Positions 53,953 to 63,616 of a DNA stretch of 64,000 nt are shown here, piece after piece. Where the stretch lies: NCBI GenBank assembly GCA_021789555.1, contig JAJYJK010000003.1:756-64755 (forward strand), read 5' to 3'. The DNA comes from Nitrospirota bacterium. Lineage in GTDB: Bacteria > Nitrospirota > Thermodesulfovibrionia > Thermodesulfovibrionales > JdFR-88. The notes beneath the pieces are model-generated. The model was given only the letters and a program-made list of their open reading frames with translations. It searched no databases and was not told where the DNA came from. Each line of letters starts with the position of its first letter. Positions within the stretch are counted from its first letter, which is position 1. Position numbers and translations under genes: made by a program.

Positions 53953-56643
53953 ATGGCAAATAAAGATGTATTCGCTTTTTTAAGAAAAAACCTGAAGCGG
54001 TTTTTATTGATATTCCTCCTGTGCACCGCTATTTTTGCGGCGCGGCATTTTCCCCATGCCGTCTCAACTGAAATTCAGGGTTCGCAGTTGCCAGGCAACA
54101 CAGGGGAGATATCGGGAAATGCAAGAATTGCCGTTGAGGGCAGGGATAAAGGCGGCGCTCTTACATATGGGCCTTACGTGAAACTTTCGCCGGGGGAATA
54201 TAAAGTAACACTGGAATACAGTGCCACGTCAGGCGGGAGCGGGCTGTGGGACATGGTCTTCCAAGGGGCGACTTCCGTATTGAAAAGCGGGAAGTTACCG
54301 TCAGGCAATAAAGGGGTACTTTCAGAAACATTAAAAATCTCCAGGGAAAACGCGGGTAAGCCGTTAGAGATACGCTTGTGGTATACCGGAAAAGGGACTC
54401 TTGAAGTCGCAAAAATGAAGATCAGCAGGCGCCTGGATTACCATGTGTTGCTGAGTCTGTCAGAGGGTCTGGCTACGGGCGTTTTTATTCTTTTTCTGTT
54501 ATATCTTTTATCCTTGCCCCCAGCCAGCCATGAGCCGCCCAGGCATGAGTTCAAGGTCAATAAGATTGCGTTTTTTGCAGTTTTAATAGCTACCCTTGCC
54601 GTCATATACTACCCTTTTAATGTCGGTAAGGGCATATTCGAAATCTACCGCGACCTGGGCATTATATCTCTCTATATTTTTTTTCTCGGGCTTGGTTTTT
54701 ATTTTCTCCTTACCCCCGATGTTTTAAGGGATGCTTTTCTCTTCCCGTTTCTCGTAATGGCATATGGCCTGATGGAATTGTCCATCATAAGCGTTTTTAC
54801 TGTCCATCTGAACGTGCCCGTAGTAAATGGCTTGCCCATATCGCTCATCATTTCAGGAATCATGCTTGCGCTGGCGCTACTTTTCAAGAGAAGAATGATC
54901 TTATTTGAACTTGGGAAGCTGAAAGATTCCAAAGGAAAGGTCTTCAGCATGCTGCTGATTGGCATATTGCTTACGCTTATCGGTCTTTCACCAATAATGA
55001 GATCCAGTCTGCCGACGACCCCCTACAGGCTTGATATCGATCAGGCCGGCTATGCCGAAGTAGGGCAGTACCTTTTAGAGGGGGGCACCGTTAAGCAAAC
55101 TGAAAGTGATATTTTGCGTCAGACGGGCGCGACGGATCTGGATAAGGCAATTTTGAATAACGACGCAGCGCTTAAGTTTAATACTGCCATCGATGCACAA
55201 AACCTGCTCAAAGCACTGAGGAGCGGGTATCCGGCAATAAATGCAATATTTGCCTATATGACTGGTTCCGACCATATATACAAGGTGCAGTTTCTCGCGC
55301 TGGCCATAAACTATGTCCTTCTGTTCGGGATCATTCTTTTTGTGTTTTATCGCCTCTTTTTTTTGCGCGAAGGGGAGTCCCTGTTGTTTTCGTTCGCGGT
55401 GGTCATGAATAGCAATCTTATTAATGTTTATTATGAGGGGATGGGTCCACAGTTTTTTTTCATGCCCTTTTTAGTGATCCTGGCCGCGGGATACTGCCAC
55501 CTGAGGCGACAATCCGCCAGTAATAATCCCCCATCGCAAATGAAACAGCAGCCTTTGCGCCAATATTTACTTCCCGTGCTGTTTTTGGCCTTCATTTTTG
55601 CCGGTGCCATGAATATTTATAATGATGGCATCCTCATATTTGCCGCATTTTTGTTCATATCTTTCGTGTTCGATATTTTTCTTCTAAAACGTATTAACAG
55701 AAATGCTCCTTATATGATTCTGGCTATGTGTTTGGGCGCATTGCTGATCTTTCCGCATTCATTTCAGTTCATAAGATGGTATCCCAAAGTCCTTGGCAAG
55801 TTTATCCACATAGCAGGTTTCTGGCAGCCACATTGGGCATCCCCTGCGGAGATACTGGGGATCTTTAACATCTATGTCCCCCGTTATGTGAAGGATTTCC
55901 CGATATTATTAAAAAGGACCGAGTGGAATTCCTTTATCAACGTGATATTGTCCTGCCTGATAGTCATCCCGGCGGCAAACTACATTGTAAGGGACAAAGA
56001 TATTGATGCCTCATTCTGGCTTGCCGCCCCTGCTTTTGTTCTCATCATATTTTTCAAAGTATTTTTTATTGACCATATCAATAACTATGATTATATGAAG
56101 GCATATACGATATTCATTCCTCTTTTAGCTGTTCTGATCTTGGCCGCTTTTGATCATTTCTCCGGATCGTCTGCCCGGAAGTTGTGGGATCTGGGAAAAA
56201 TTATACTCGTCGTCGCTATTATCTTCAGCGGGGTGCAGTATATAAATCAATATGACAGGGAAAGCAGGACGGTCACCAAGGATATGTTTAACTTGTATGA
56301 ATACAACAAAAAAAATGATAATATACTGGATTCGTATGCATTTATCACAAATAAGGGCACAATGGACGAATTTATGATCATCCCGCTAATCCCGTTCCGC
56401 TGGCTTAACCAAGGAGCGGACAAAAACCCCCGTCCGGATATCATGAAAAAAGTGGCTTTGCTGATTCAAAAGAAGGATTTCGCAGACCCGTCCATTTTCA
56501 ATCGTTACCGTCGCCATGTTGTATACGAGAATTCGTCTATTCTCATAATCAATACGGGAAAACTGCTGGAAGAATCATATGATTCCAAAAGTAACAAATG
56601 TGACCTGCAATATTATAAAAAAGGGTATGGAGAACTCTTTTAA
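53953..56643 (+). CDS. large polytopic membrane protein with N-terminal extracytoplasmic module; GT-C-like glycosyltransferase candidate
   Basis: 896 aa. TM1 and a ~130-aa module (paralog of the 50171 N-terminus) are followed by a long multi-helix body and a soluble C-terminal ~150 aa. Confidence 0.7.
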   Translation: MANKDVFAFLRKNLKRFLLIFLLCTAIFAARHFPHAVSTEIQGSQLPGNTGEISGNARIAVEGRDKGGALTYGPYVKLSPGEYKVTLEYSATSGGSGLWDMVFQGATSVLKSGKLPSGNKGVLSETLKISRENAGKPLEIRLWYTGKGTLEVAKMKISRRLDYHVLLSLSEGLATGVFILFLLYLLSLPPASHEPPRHEFKVNKIAFFAVLIATLAVIYYPFNVGKGIFEIYRDLGIISLYIFFLGLGFYFLLTPDVLRDAFLFPFLVMAYGLMELSIISVFTVHLNVPVVNGLPISLIISGIMLALALLFKRRMILFELGKLKDSKGKVFSMLLIGILLTLIGLSPIMRSSLPTTPYRLDIDQAGYAEVGQYLLEGGTVKQTESDILRQTGATDLDKAILNNDAALKFNTAIDAQNLLKALRSGYPAINAIFAYMTGSDHIYKVQFLALAINYVLLFGIILFVFYRLFFLREGESLLFSFAVVMNSNLINVYYEGMGPQFFFMPFLVILAAGYCHLRRQSASNNPPSQMKQQPLRQYLLPVLFLAFIFAGAMNIYNDGILIFAAFLFISFVFDIFLLKRINRNAPYMILAMCLGALLIFPHSFQFIRWYPKVLGKFIHIAGFWQPHWASPAEILGIFNIYVPRYVKDFPILLKRTEWNSFINVILSCLIVIPAANYIVRDKDIDASFWLAAPAFVLIIFFKVFFIDHINNYDYMKAYTIFIPLLAVLILAAFDHFSGSSARKLWDLGKIILVVAIIFSGVQYINQYDRESRTVTKDMFNLYEYNKKNDNILDSYAFITNKGTMDEFMIIPLIPFRWLNQGADKNPRPDIMKKVALLIQKKDFADPSIFNRYRRHVVYENSSILIINTGKLLEESYDSKSNKCDLQYYKKGYGELF
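53992..54513 (+). repeat. dispersed repeat copy B (paralogous N-terminal module)
   Basis: Collinear with 50195-50716 at both the protein and nucleotide level. Confidence 0.85.
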
Positions 56644-56862
56644 AAAATTGTTCTTACACCCTGGAGTGATAAAATGCAAAGATATTCTGTTTTTTTGGGG
56701 GATTCGGGGGAAAAGAACGGGCGCTCAACGCAAGAGCAAATGAGGGAGAGCTTTACTGATCTGCATTGCATGCGGATCCGGCGCAGAGATCCAGAAGAGC
56801 CTTGTACTGCGCGAACATGCTCCCGATGGATGAACGGCTGTAACTACCAGGAGTCATAACAA

Positions 56863-58758
56863 GTGTGCGGGATTTGTGGAATTGTCCTTAGACAGCAGGG
56901 CACCCGGTTGGATGAACGGCTTCTATTGGCCATGAGAGACACTCTGGCCCACCGTGGCCCCGATGCATCCGGACATGTCCTTAAGGGAAATGTCGGTCTC
57001 GGTCACCGCAGGCTGAGCATCATTGATCTGAGTATGGGGGAACAACCCATGCACAATGAGGACGGCAGCATCTGGGTCATTTTCAACGGTGAAATTTACA
57101 ATTTCGTAGAGTTAAGGCGGATGCTTGAGGGGAACGGGCATGTTTTTTCCACCAAAAGCGACACGGAGGTACTGCTGCACCTATATGAAGAGAAGGGCGA
57201 GCAAATGCTCGCGGAATTAAATGGAATGTTCGCCTTTTGCATATGGGATACGAAAAGGAAGCGACTGTTCCTTGCCCGGGACAGGGCCGGGAAAAAGCCT
57301 CTCTTTTATTCGCTTGTGAGGGAGGCATTTGTTTTCGGATCCGAACCGAAGGCGTTGTTGTGCTGTCCATGGGTCGGGAGAGAAGTGGATCCTCTGTCTC
57401 TGAGCAAATATCTTACATACGAGTATATCCCTGCTCCTAATTCGATATTTCGCGATATAAAGAAGCTGCCGCCGGGACATTACGCGGTATACGATACTGA
57501 AACGGGCGGCCTTATGGTGCACAAATATTGGGACATACCCATCTCTGACGATGCGATCGCGCTCAAGTCGGAACAGGAGTATGCAGAAGAGCTGGTAAGC
57601 CGTCTTAGGGAGTCGGTGAGGATTCGCCTGAGGAGTGATGTGCCCGTAGGTATTTTCTTGAGCGGGGGCATAGATTCGAGTGCAATTGTCGCCCTTGCAT
57701 CCGAACTGAATTCTTCGGTCAAGACCTTCACTATAGGCTTCAAGGAGGCATCGTTTGATGAGAGTAAATATGCCAGCGCGGTGGCCCGTCACTTTGGCAC
57801 GGAGCATCACCATGAGGTTCTGGACATCAAAAAGAGTTCGTCTCTCCTTCCGGAAATAGCCGGTGTCCTTGATGAACCGCTCGGTGATGCCTCCATCATA
57901 CCCACCTTTCTGCTGTCGCGGTTTGTCGCGAAAGAGGTCAAGGTGGCCCTCGGCGGGGATGGCTGTGATGAACTTTTTGCGGGTTATCCCACGTTTCCCG
58001 CTTTAAAGCTCATAAATTATTACAACATTCTACCAAAGGAGGTACGGGCGGTCATTCACCGTCTTGCCGCGAAGCTTCCGGTTTCCCATAAAAACATAAG
58101 CTTCGATTTTAAAGTGAAGCAACTCTTGAGGGGGGCTGGCGTTTCTTCAGAAATCATGTTCTTCTACTGGATGGGCTCTTTCACAGATATGGAAAAGAGG
58201 CATTTGCTGGCTCCGAAACTGCTTGAGACCGTCCAGAATGAAAACACATTCGAGGACGCACTGCATTATTTGAAAGACAGCAATCTGCACAAGACGCTTG
58301 AACGCATACTGTATTTGTCTTTTAAGTGTTATCTGCAAGACGACATCCTTGTCAAGGTAGACAGGGCAAGCATGGCCAACTCACTAGAGGTGCGCGCGCC
58401 GTTTCTTGACTTTCAGTTTGTGGAATTTGCAGCTCACCTGCCTACATTCTATAAGCTAAATCGCCTTACTATGAAATATTTGGTAAAAAAGGCCTTTTCC
58501 GGGATGCTTCCTGATTCTATCCGGAACAGGAGGAAAAAGGGATTTGGTATCCCGATTGCCGAGTGGATCCATAGTGACATGAGGCCACTGATACTGGAGT
58601 ACCTGGATGAGGCGCGCATAAGGCGCGAGGGGTTTTTTAATGCCCTTTATGTGAAAGAGCTGATAGCGGAACATCTTTCATTCAAAAAAGACAACCGTAA
58701 GTTGCTGTGGACTCTTCTTGTATTTCAGATGTGGAAAGAAAGATGGCTTGAGAGGTAA
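56863..58758 (+). CDS. asnB: asparagine synthase (glutamine-hydrolysing) family amidotransferase
   Basis: GTG start gives MCGICGI (the Cys2 nucleophile). It has the PP-loop SGGIDSS. 631 aa. In a glycan cluster this may act as a sugar-acid amidotransferase rather than in Asn synthesis. Confidence 0.92.
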   Translation: MCGICGIVLRQQGTRLDERLLLAMRDTLAHRGPDASGHVLKGNVGLGHRRLSIIDLSMGEQPMHNEDGSIWVIFNGEIYNFVELRRMLEGNGHVFSTKSDTEVLLHLYEEKGEQMLAELNGMFAFCIWDTKRKRLFLARDRAGKKPLFYSLVREAFVFGSEPKALLCCPWVGREVDPLSLSKYLTYEYIPAPNSIFRDIKKLPPGHYAVYDTETGGLMVHKYWDIPISDDAIALKSEQEYAEELVSRLRESVRIRLRSDVPVGIFLSGGIDSSAIVALASELNSSVKTFTIGFKEASFDESKYASAVARHFGTEHHHEVLDIKKSSSLLPEIAGVLDEPLGDASIIPTFLLSRFVAKEVKVALGGDGCDELFAGYPTFPALKLINYYNILPKEVRAVIHRLAAKLPVSHKNISFDFKVKQLLRGAGVSSEIMFFYWMGSFTDMEKRHLLAPKLLETVQNENTFEDALHYLKDSNLHKTLERILYLSFKCYLQDDILVKVDRASMANSLEVRAPFLDFQFVEFAAHLPTFYKLNRLTMKYLVKKAFSGMLPDSIRNRRKKGFGIPIAEWIHSDMRPLILEYLDEARIRREGFFNALYVKELIAEHLSFKKDNRKLLWTLLVFQMWKERWLER

Positions 58759-58759
58759 A

Positions 58760-59512
58760 ATGGTCACCAAGACTGAAAGCAAAAAGGCTTTAACAGCAGA
58801 CAAATATGACGAACAATGGTCTGTTCTTGCCGATTTCGTTAAATACAATCCAGGGGTGAGGCATAGGAATCGTCTCATTTTAAAATTGCTTCATGATGTC
58901 AATTTTGAAACCTGTGTGGACGTCGGCTGCGGCAGGGGCGCATTATTGTCTTTGTTAAGAAAAATCAAGGAAAATGCGGAGCTGACGGGAGTGGATTTCT
59001 CGACTGAAACCGTAGCAAAGAACATTACGCGCATTCCTGGACTGACGTTCGAGGTCTTGGATATACAAAAAGGGGCTTTGGATGAACAGTTCGATTTGGT
59101 CGTGTGCTCTGAGGTGCTGGAACATCTGGAAAGAAGAGGCCCGGCGTTTTCCAACCTGGAGCGGATGGTCAAGAGCGGAGGCCATTTATTGATAACGGTG
59201 CCAGCCGGCAAGATTTTCGAAACGGAGCGTTTTTTCGGACACGTATCCCATCCGGGTGAAAAAGAAATAACCTCGCTGGCTCAGGCCAATAATCTTGAGA
59301 TCCTGAAGATGTGGAAATGGGGGTGGCCTGTTTACTACCTCCTGAAATACGTAACGAATATAAATTCAAAGTGGTCACTTAAAAATTTTGGCAGCGGCTA
59401 TTATAGCCCGATGTCCAAGTTCATTGCCAATATGCTATTTTATTTGAACTATTTGAATATAAATTCAAGGTTTGGCTGCCAGTTTTTCGTTCTGATGAAG
59501 AAAAGTGGATGA
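58760..59512 (+). CDS. class I SAM-dependent methyltransferase
   Basis: Starts at ATG 58760. Motif I is VDVGCGRGALL. 250 aa. Confidence 0.8.
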   Translation: MVTKTESKKALTADKYDEQWSVLADFVKYNPGVRHRNRLILKLLHDVNFETCVDVGCGRGALLSLLRKIKENAELTGVDFSTETVAKNITRIPGLTFEVLDIQKGALDEQFDLVVCSEVLEHLERRGPAFSNLERMVKSGGHLLITVPAGKIFETERFFGHVSHPGEKEITSLAQANNLEILKMWKWGWPVYYLLKYVTNINSKWSLKNFGSGYYSPMSKFIANMLFYLNYLNINSRFGCQFFVLMKKSG

Positions 59513-59615
59513 AGGCCTAAATGTCCGCTGTGTGCCCAAAGCGCGTATGGAAGCTCCCTTCGGGTTTTTGCCGGAGAGGAGCTCTTTTTGACAACCTCTG
59601 ATTTGACAGCAGGAA

Positions 59616-60362
59616 ATGAACAATACAAATTTTGACAACAAGCAATATGAGCTCGCATACCAGGATGGCATGGGCAACCACTATTGGCACCTTGCGAGAA
59701 ACAGATTTATTGAAAAAAAGTTGACCGGACTTTCGCTGGAGAATGAAAGGGTCCTTGATGTCGGATGCGGAAGAGGGATACTGATTGAGTATTTGAGAGG
59801 CAGGGGTGTTGACTGCTGGGGCGCGGAACGTGCAAAAGTACGAACAGTGGCGGCAGTTGAAAAATACATTTTCACGTATTGCGACACATCGGAGCTGGAC
59901 GTCGAATTCAGAAAGTCCGTTAAGGCGCTCCTTTTGCTTGACGTTATAGAACATTTGCCTGATCCGTCTGATTTGATCTTACAACTGTCAAAACAGTTTC
60001 AAAACGCGGAATATCTCATTATTACCACACCCGCAAGAAAGGAACTATGGTCCAATTATGATCTTTTTTACGGCCATTTCAGGCGCTATGATCTGCGAAT
60101 GTTTGCCGGACTGGTAAAAGATACAACTTTTGAAATAGTCGATTTGAGATATTTTTTTCATCTTCTTTATCCGATAATGAAAATATTCTTTTTGTTCTCA
60201 AAAGAGAGAAGTATCCGCATTGTCGCGCCAAAAGGTCCGGCAATCCTTCTGCATAAATTTTTGGCAAAGGTTTTCCAACTGACAGATGAATATTTGCCTG
60301 GGAAAATTGTTGGTGCGTCAATTTTTTGCTGCATCAAAATCCGTGATAAAAAGGATATCTGA
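59616..60362 (+). CDS. class I SAM-dependent methyltransferase
   Basis: Motif I is LDVGCGRGILIEYL. 248 aa. Confidence 0.8.
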   Translation: MNNTNFDNKQYELAYQDGMGNHYWHLARNRFIEKKLTGLSLENERVLDVGCGRGILIEYLRGRGVDCWGAERAKVRTVAAVEKYIFTYCDTSELDVEFRKSVKALLLLDVIEHLPDPSDLILQLSKQFQNAEYLIITTPARKELWSNYDLFYGHFRRYDLRMFAGLVKDTTFEIVDLRYFFHLLYPIMKIFFLFSKERSIRIVAPKGPAILLHKFLAKVFQLTDEYLPGKIVGASIFCCIKIRDKKDI

Positions 60363-60384
60363 GGCCAGCCACGAGGGTTGATTA

Positions 60385-63300
60385 ATGAGAAAAATTAGCG
60401 CATTCAATGAAAAATATCTCATACCGCTGTTAATCGTTAATCTCATTGTATTGCTGGCCGCGGTTACTTTTGAGGACAGTTTTATTTACAAGAAAGTAAA
60501 AGATAGCCGGCATGACGGCATCAGTTACGACAGCCGTTCCAATAATCCGGAAAAAGCGCGGGTAAAATCCTTCTCTGAAACTGATTCAACATTCAAAAAA
60601 GTCGACATCAGCTTCAGGATGAAGGTATATTCAATGGGCAAGTACGATAATGTTTTTCAGACAGCGCCCCTGAATGATGGAATGAGGCTTGAACTGAGCG
60701 CTCCCGCCACGCTGGCCTTGATCGTCCACCCGGAGGGCGCCGACGGCCCGGTCGGGATCATTTTAACGAATTCCCTGGAACTGAACAAATGGTACCGCGT
60801 GAATATCCATGCCGGCCTGAAAAACAGACTGGAAGTTTTTTTGAACGGAACCGCTGTAAAGGGAACGGGCATGGTTGACTATAAAGTGTCGGATATAGCA
60901 GTCGGTTCGGGATTCAGCAAGACGAGGAATTTTGACGGTGAGATATCAAATTTAGCCCTGCATTACAGGTTTTCCAAAAAAGATGCGGTCATGGCAACCC
61001 TTTTCCTGGCAGTGAAAATTATATGCTTAATTTTATTGGCGGGGTTCATCATTCTGTATCTCAAAAAAACAAAGGTGCCCGGCTCTATCCGAAACAATGT
61101 CTTGTTTCTGCATTTTTTTATAAACAGTTTGGGTCTGCTGAAAATTATTGACGCCATATCACGGAAAATATCTGTTGCCTATTTGCCAAGGCGCGATGTT
61201 GTTTTTAATAAATGGGTCTTAGGCTTAGGATTATATGTTCCGACCAAGCCGGCGCAGATGTTATGGTATTTCTTAACGATTGTCGCCTTATTTTTATATT
61301 ATTCCTGCTTTTATTTCATAATATATAAAAGAAAAACTGCTCTTGAGAATAGATTTGTGACGCACATATCAAGGAATTCGGCAAGGCTTTTTATCTATCT
61401 TGCATTCCTTGTTGCAGCCAATCTCTTCATAGTACATTTCAATAGATATTTCAGTTCATCCTATTATGTCATCCTTCAAGTTATATTGTGGCTGGGCCTT
61501 TTGCTGCTGCCGTTTAGTTCTGTCGGCGCATTGCATCCCTTAAACAACACTGACCATGAAGTGCTCAAGGAAACGACGCCGAAGCCGTCAGTATTAAATG
61601 GCTGGTTTGGGTCGAAATACAGCGTCTTTATGCAGGCGGCGCTGCTTGTTTTCATTGTCGTTCAGCTATGCCTGATGTTCTCAAGCTATCTCAGGGGGGA
61701 GATACTAGTTTCCAATGATTATATGGGCATCCCCGAAACAACAAGACTTGCCGATGGCGACTATGTAAATAACCCTGAATACATAAATAAATATAATATC
61801 GGCGGCTTGAGATTATATATACCCGGCGCTGAGAAGTCTGATTTTCCAGACAAGTACGGGCCCGGTTCAAACGGTGGAAGTTCATCAAGAGGGTTCGCCC
61901 GCAAATCATATTCCTACGAACAACTCGACTTTATAAAAAAGAACCAATACGAACTTAATCGTCAGACCTTCTGCGGCTGGTTCATGCACCATCAAAATCC
62001 CATGCTGTCTGCAATAAACGAATATTCTTTGCGAGGAAAAGCTACCGAAATAGATAATCAGTACGGGTGGTTTAATGCCATTTTTCTTGCAAATCTGATG
62101 GATATAACGGGCGGGAAAACGTTTCAAAATTACATCAGGAACCTGTATTTGTTCTATCTGTTATATTTTATTTTAATCATAGGAGCGGCATTTATATTAT
62201 TCAGAAAGATTCAGTACGTATTATTGACGGCGCTTTTAAGTTTTACGTCCTTAAATCTTCTCGGCTTTGAAATGATACATTTGTCGCCCGGATTTAATCC
62301 CATCAGACATTTTTTTGACGTTGTCATCCCGGTCCTTCTATTTTTGTACCTGAGAAGGAAAAGGTTTATATACCTGATCCTCAGCCTGGCGATTTCAATT
62401 CTCGCTATCCTTAGCTGCAAGGAATTCGGACTGTTTCTAGCCGCCGCGCTGTTTATCGTTCTGATATTTAAAAAGATCAATGAACATGCAGCAAAAATTG
62501 ATAAAGAAGGCATATCGGCGGCTGTGACATTACTTGGTATAGGCGCCCTGTTTTATTGCTTCAAGCTCGGAGCAAATCCGGCGGGCAATTATTATCTCAA
62601 GGGTATTTCAGGCCCGATGATGGACAACCATCTAATGTACTCTGTTTTCATACTGATCAGCTTTATTTATGTAATTATATTGAGCAGGATTAAAGTTGAG
62701 TCCGCTTTAGCATACGTTGCGCTGCTGCTCTTCATTTACGGCCAGGCTATTTTTGTCTACTACGTCTGGAATGCCGCGCCCAATCACCTCTACGCCATGG
62801 CCTCGCCAATACTTTTTATGGCGGTTATTATATTGAAGATCATGATAGATGCCGTTGCCCGTATGAAGAAATATGAAAATGTAATTATTAGCGCATTAAG
62901 CATAGCGCTTTTTTTTACGCTATATTTGCCGTCTCTGAAGGATTATCATCTTGCCGAGAACAATTTTAAAAAAATATTCGTTGACCATAAAATTTACCAG
63001 TGGGATTTTCCGACCGCCAAATTCAAATCGACCATGAATCCCGCATATTTTTATAATGCGGTCAGTCTCATAAAGAAATATTCCTCCGGCACTGATTCTA
63101 TTTATATGGTATCTAAATATGATACTATCCTGCCTTTCCTGGCTGGAAAATATAGCGCAATGCCGTTCGACGATGTGGCAACTAGTCTGGCAACAGGGAG
63201 AGAAACGGAGTTGTGCATAAATACAATCATAAAGGACAGGCCTCAATACTTATTTGTCGATTCGGATATTGAGAGGGACCTCAGAGGAGACATTGTTGAT

Positions 63301-63471
63301 CCAAGAGACCCTGTCATCGGCGTAATGTATGGCGGGTCATTAGAAAGGGTCCAAATGCTGGAGGAGTTAAGAAAGGTGTTTGAGGGGGTCAAGAAGGAAT
63401 ATGCCATTATCGACAGAGGGGACATACTTTCTATTTATGCGAACATTAAAAGTAGAGCCCAATTAAAATAA
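60385..63471 (+). CDS. very large polytopic membrane protein with N-terminal LamG/concanavalin-like module; GT-C/YfhO-like glycosyltransferase candidate
   Basis: 1028 aa. TM1 is followed by a ~165-aa module with a LamG-type pattern (NKWYRVNIHAGLKNRLEVFLNGTAV ... FDGEISNLALHY), then about 20 hydrophobic helices and a soluble C-terminal domain. Confidence 0.7.
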   Translation: MRKISAFNEKYLIPLLIVNLIVLLAAVTFEDSFIYKKVKDSRHDGISYDSRSNNPEKARVKSFSETDSTFKKVDISFRMKVYSMGKYDNVFQTAPLNDGMRLELSAPATLALIVHPEGADGPVGIILTNSLELNKWYRVNIHAGLKNRLEVFLNGTAVKGTGMVDYKVSDIAVGSGFSKTRNFDGEISNLALHYRFSKKDAVMATLFLAVKIICLILLAGFIILYLKKTKVPGSIRNNVLFLHFFINSLGLLKIIDAISRKISVAYLPRRDVVFNKWVLGLGLYVPTKPAQMLWYFLTIVALFLYYSCFYFIIYKRKTALENRFVTHISRNSARLFIYLAFLVAANLFIVHFNRYFSSSYYVILQVILWLGLLLLPFSSVGALHPLNNTDHEVLKETTPKPSVLNGWFGSKYSVFMQAALLVFIVVQLCLMFSSYLRGEILVSNDYMGIPETTRLADGDYVNNPEYINKYNIGGLRLYIPGAEKSDFPDKYGPGSNGGSSSRGFARKSYSYEQLDFIKKNQYELNRQTFCGWFMHHQNPMLSAINEYSLRGKATEIDNQYGWFNAIFLANLMDITGGKTFQNYIRNLYLFYLLYFILIIGAAFILFRKIQYVLLTALLSFTSLNLLGFEMIHLSPGFNPIRHFFDVVIPVLLFLYLRRKRFIYLILSLAISILAILSCKEFGLFLAAALFIVLIFKKINEHAAKIDKEGISAAVTLLGIGALFYCFKLGANPAGNYYLKGISGPMMDNHLMYSVFILISFIYVIILSRIKVESALAYVALLLFIYGQAIFVYYVWNAAPNHLYAMASPILFMAVIILKIMIDAVARMKKYENVIISALSIALFFTLYLPSLKDYHLAENNFKKIFVDHKIYQWDFPTAKFKSTMNPAYFYNAVSLIKKYSSGTDSIYMVSKYDTILPFLAGKYSAMPFDDVATSLATGRETELCINTIIKDRPQYLFVDSDIERDLRGDIVDPRDPVIGVMYGGSLERVQMLEELRKVFEGVKKEYAIIDRGDILSIYANIKSRAQLK

Positions 63472-63475
63472 GAAC

Positions 63476-63506
63476 TTGACAAACTCCGGCGATACTCTGA
63501 TATAAT
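63476..63506 (+). promoter_or_regulatory. candidate promoter (extended -10) for the last gene
   Basis: TTGACA (63476-63481), a 19-nt spacer and TGaTATAAT (-10 at 63501-63506). The spacer is longer than optimal. Confidence 0.3.
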
Positions 63507-63616
63507 CCCTTTACTTACAAGGACTTATGGCTATGGACAGATAAGAATCCCTTGCGAAACCCTGCCGCTTAGCCGGAAGCGACACAGATTATTTTTAGAC
63601 AGCGGTTGTTATCTTT

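Noticed and set aside
56674-56859. 61-aa ORF between the 896-aa membrane protein gene and the AsnB-like gene
   Set aside because: It has no RBS, no recognisable motif, and composition atypical of the neighbouring genes. I kept it only as an unexplained spacer.
59519-59599. 26-codon ORF (MSAVCPKRVWKLPSGFCRRGALFDNL) upstream of the third methyltransferase, possibly a relic zinc-ribbon N-terminus
   Set aside because: It is too short and degenerate to support. It has no second Cys pair and no RBS.
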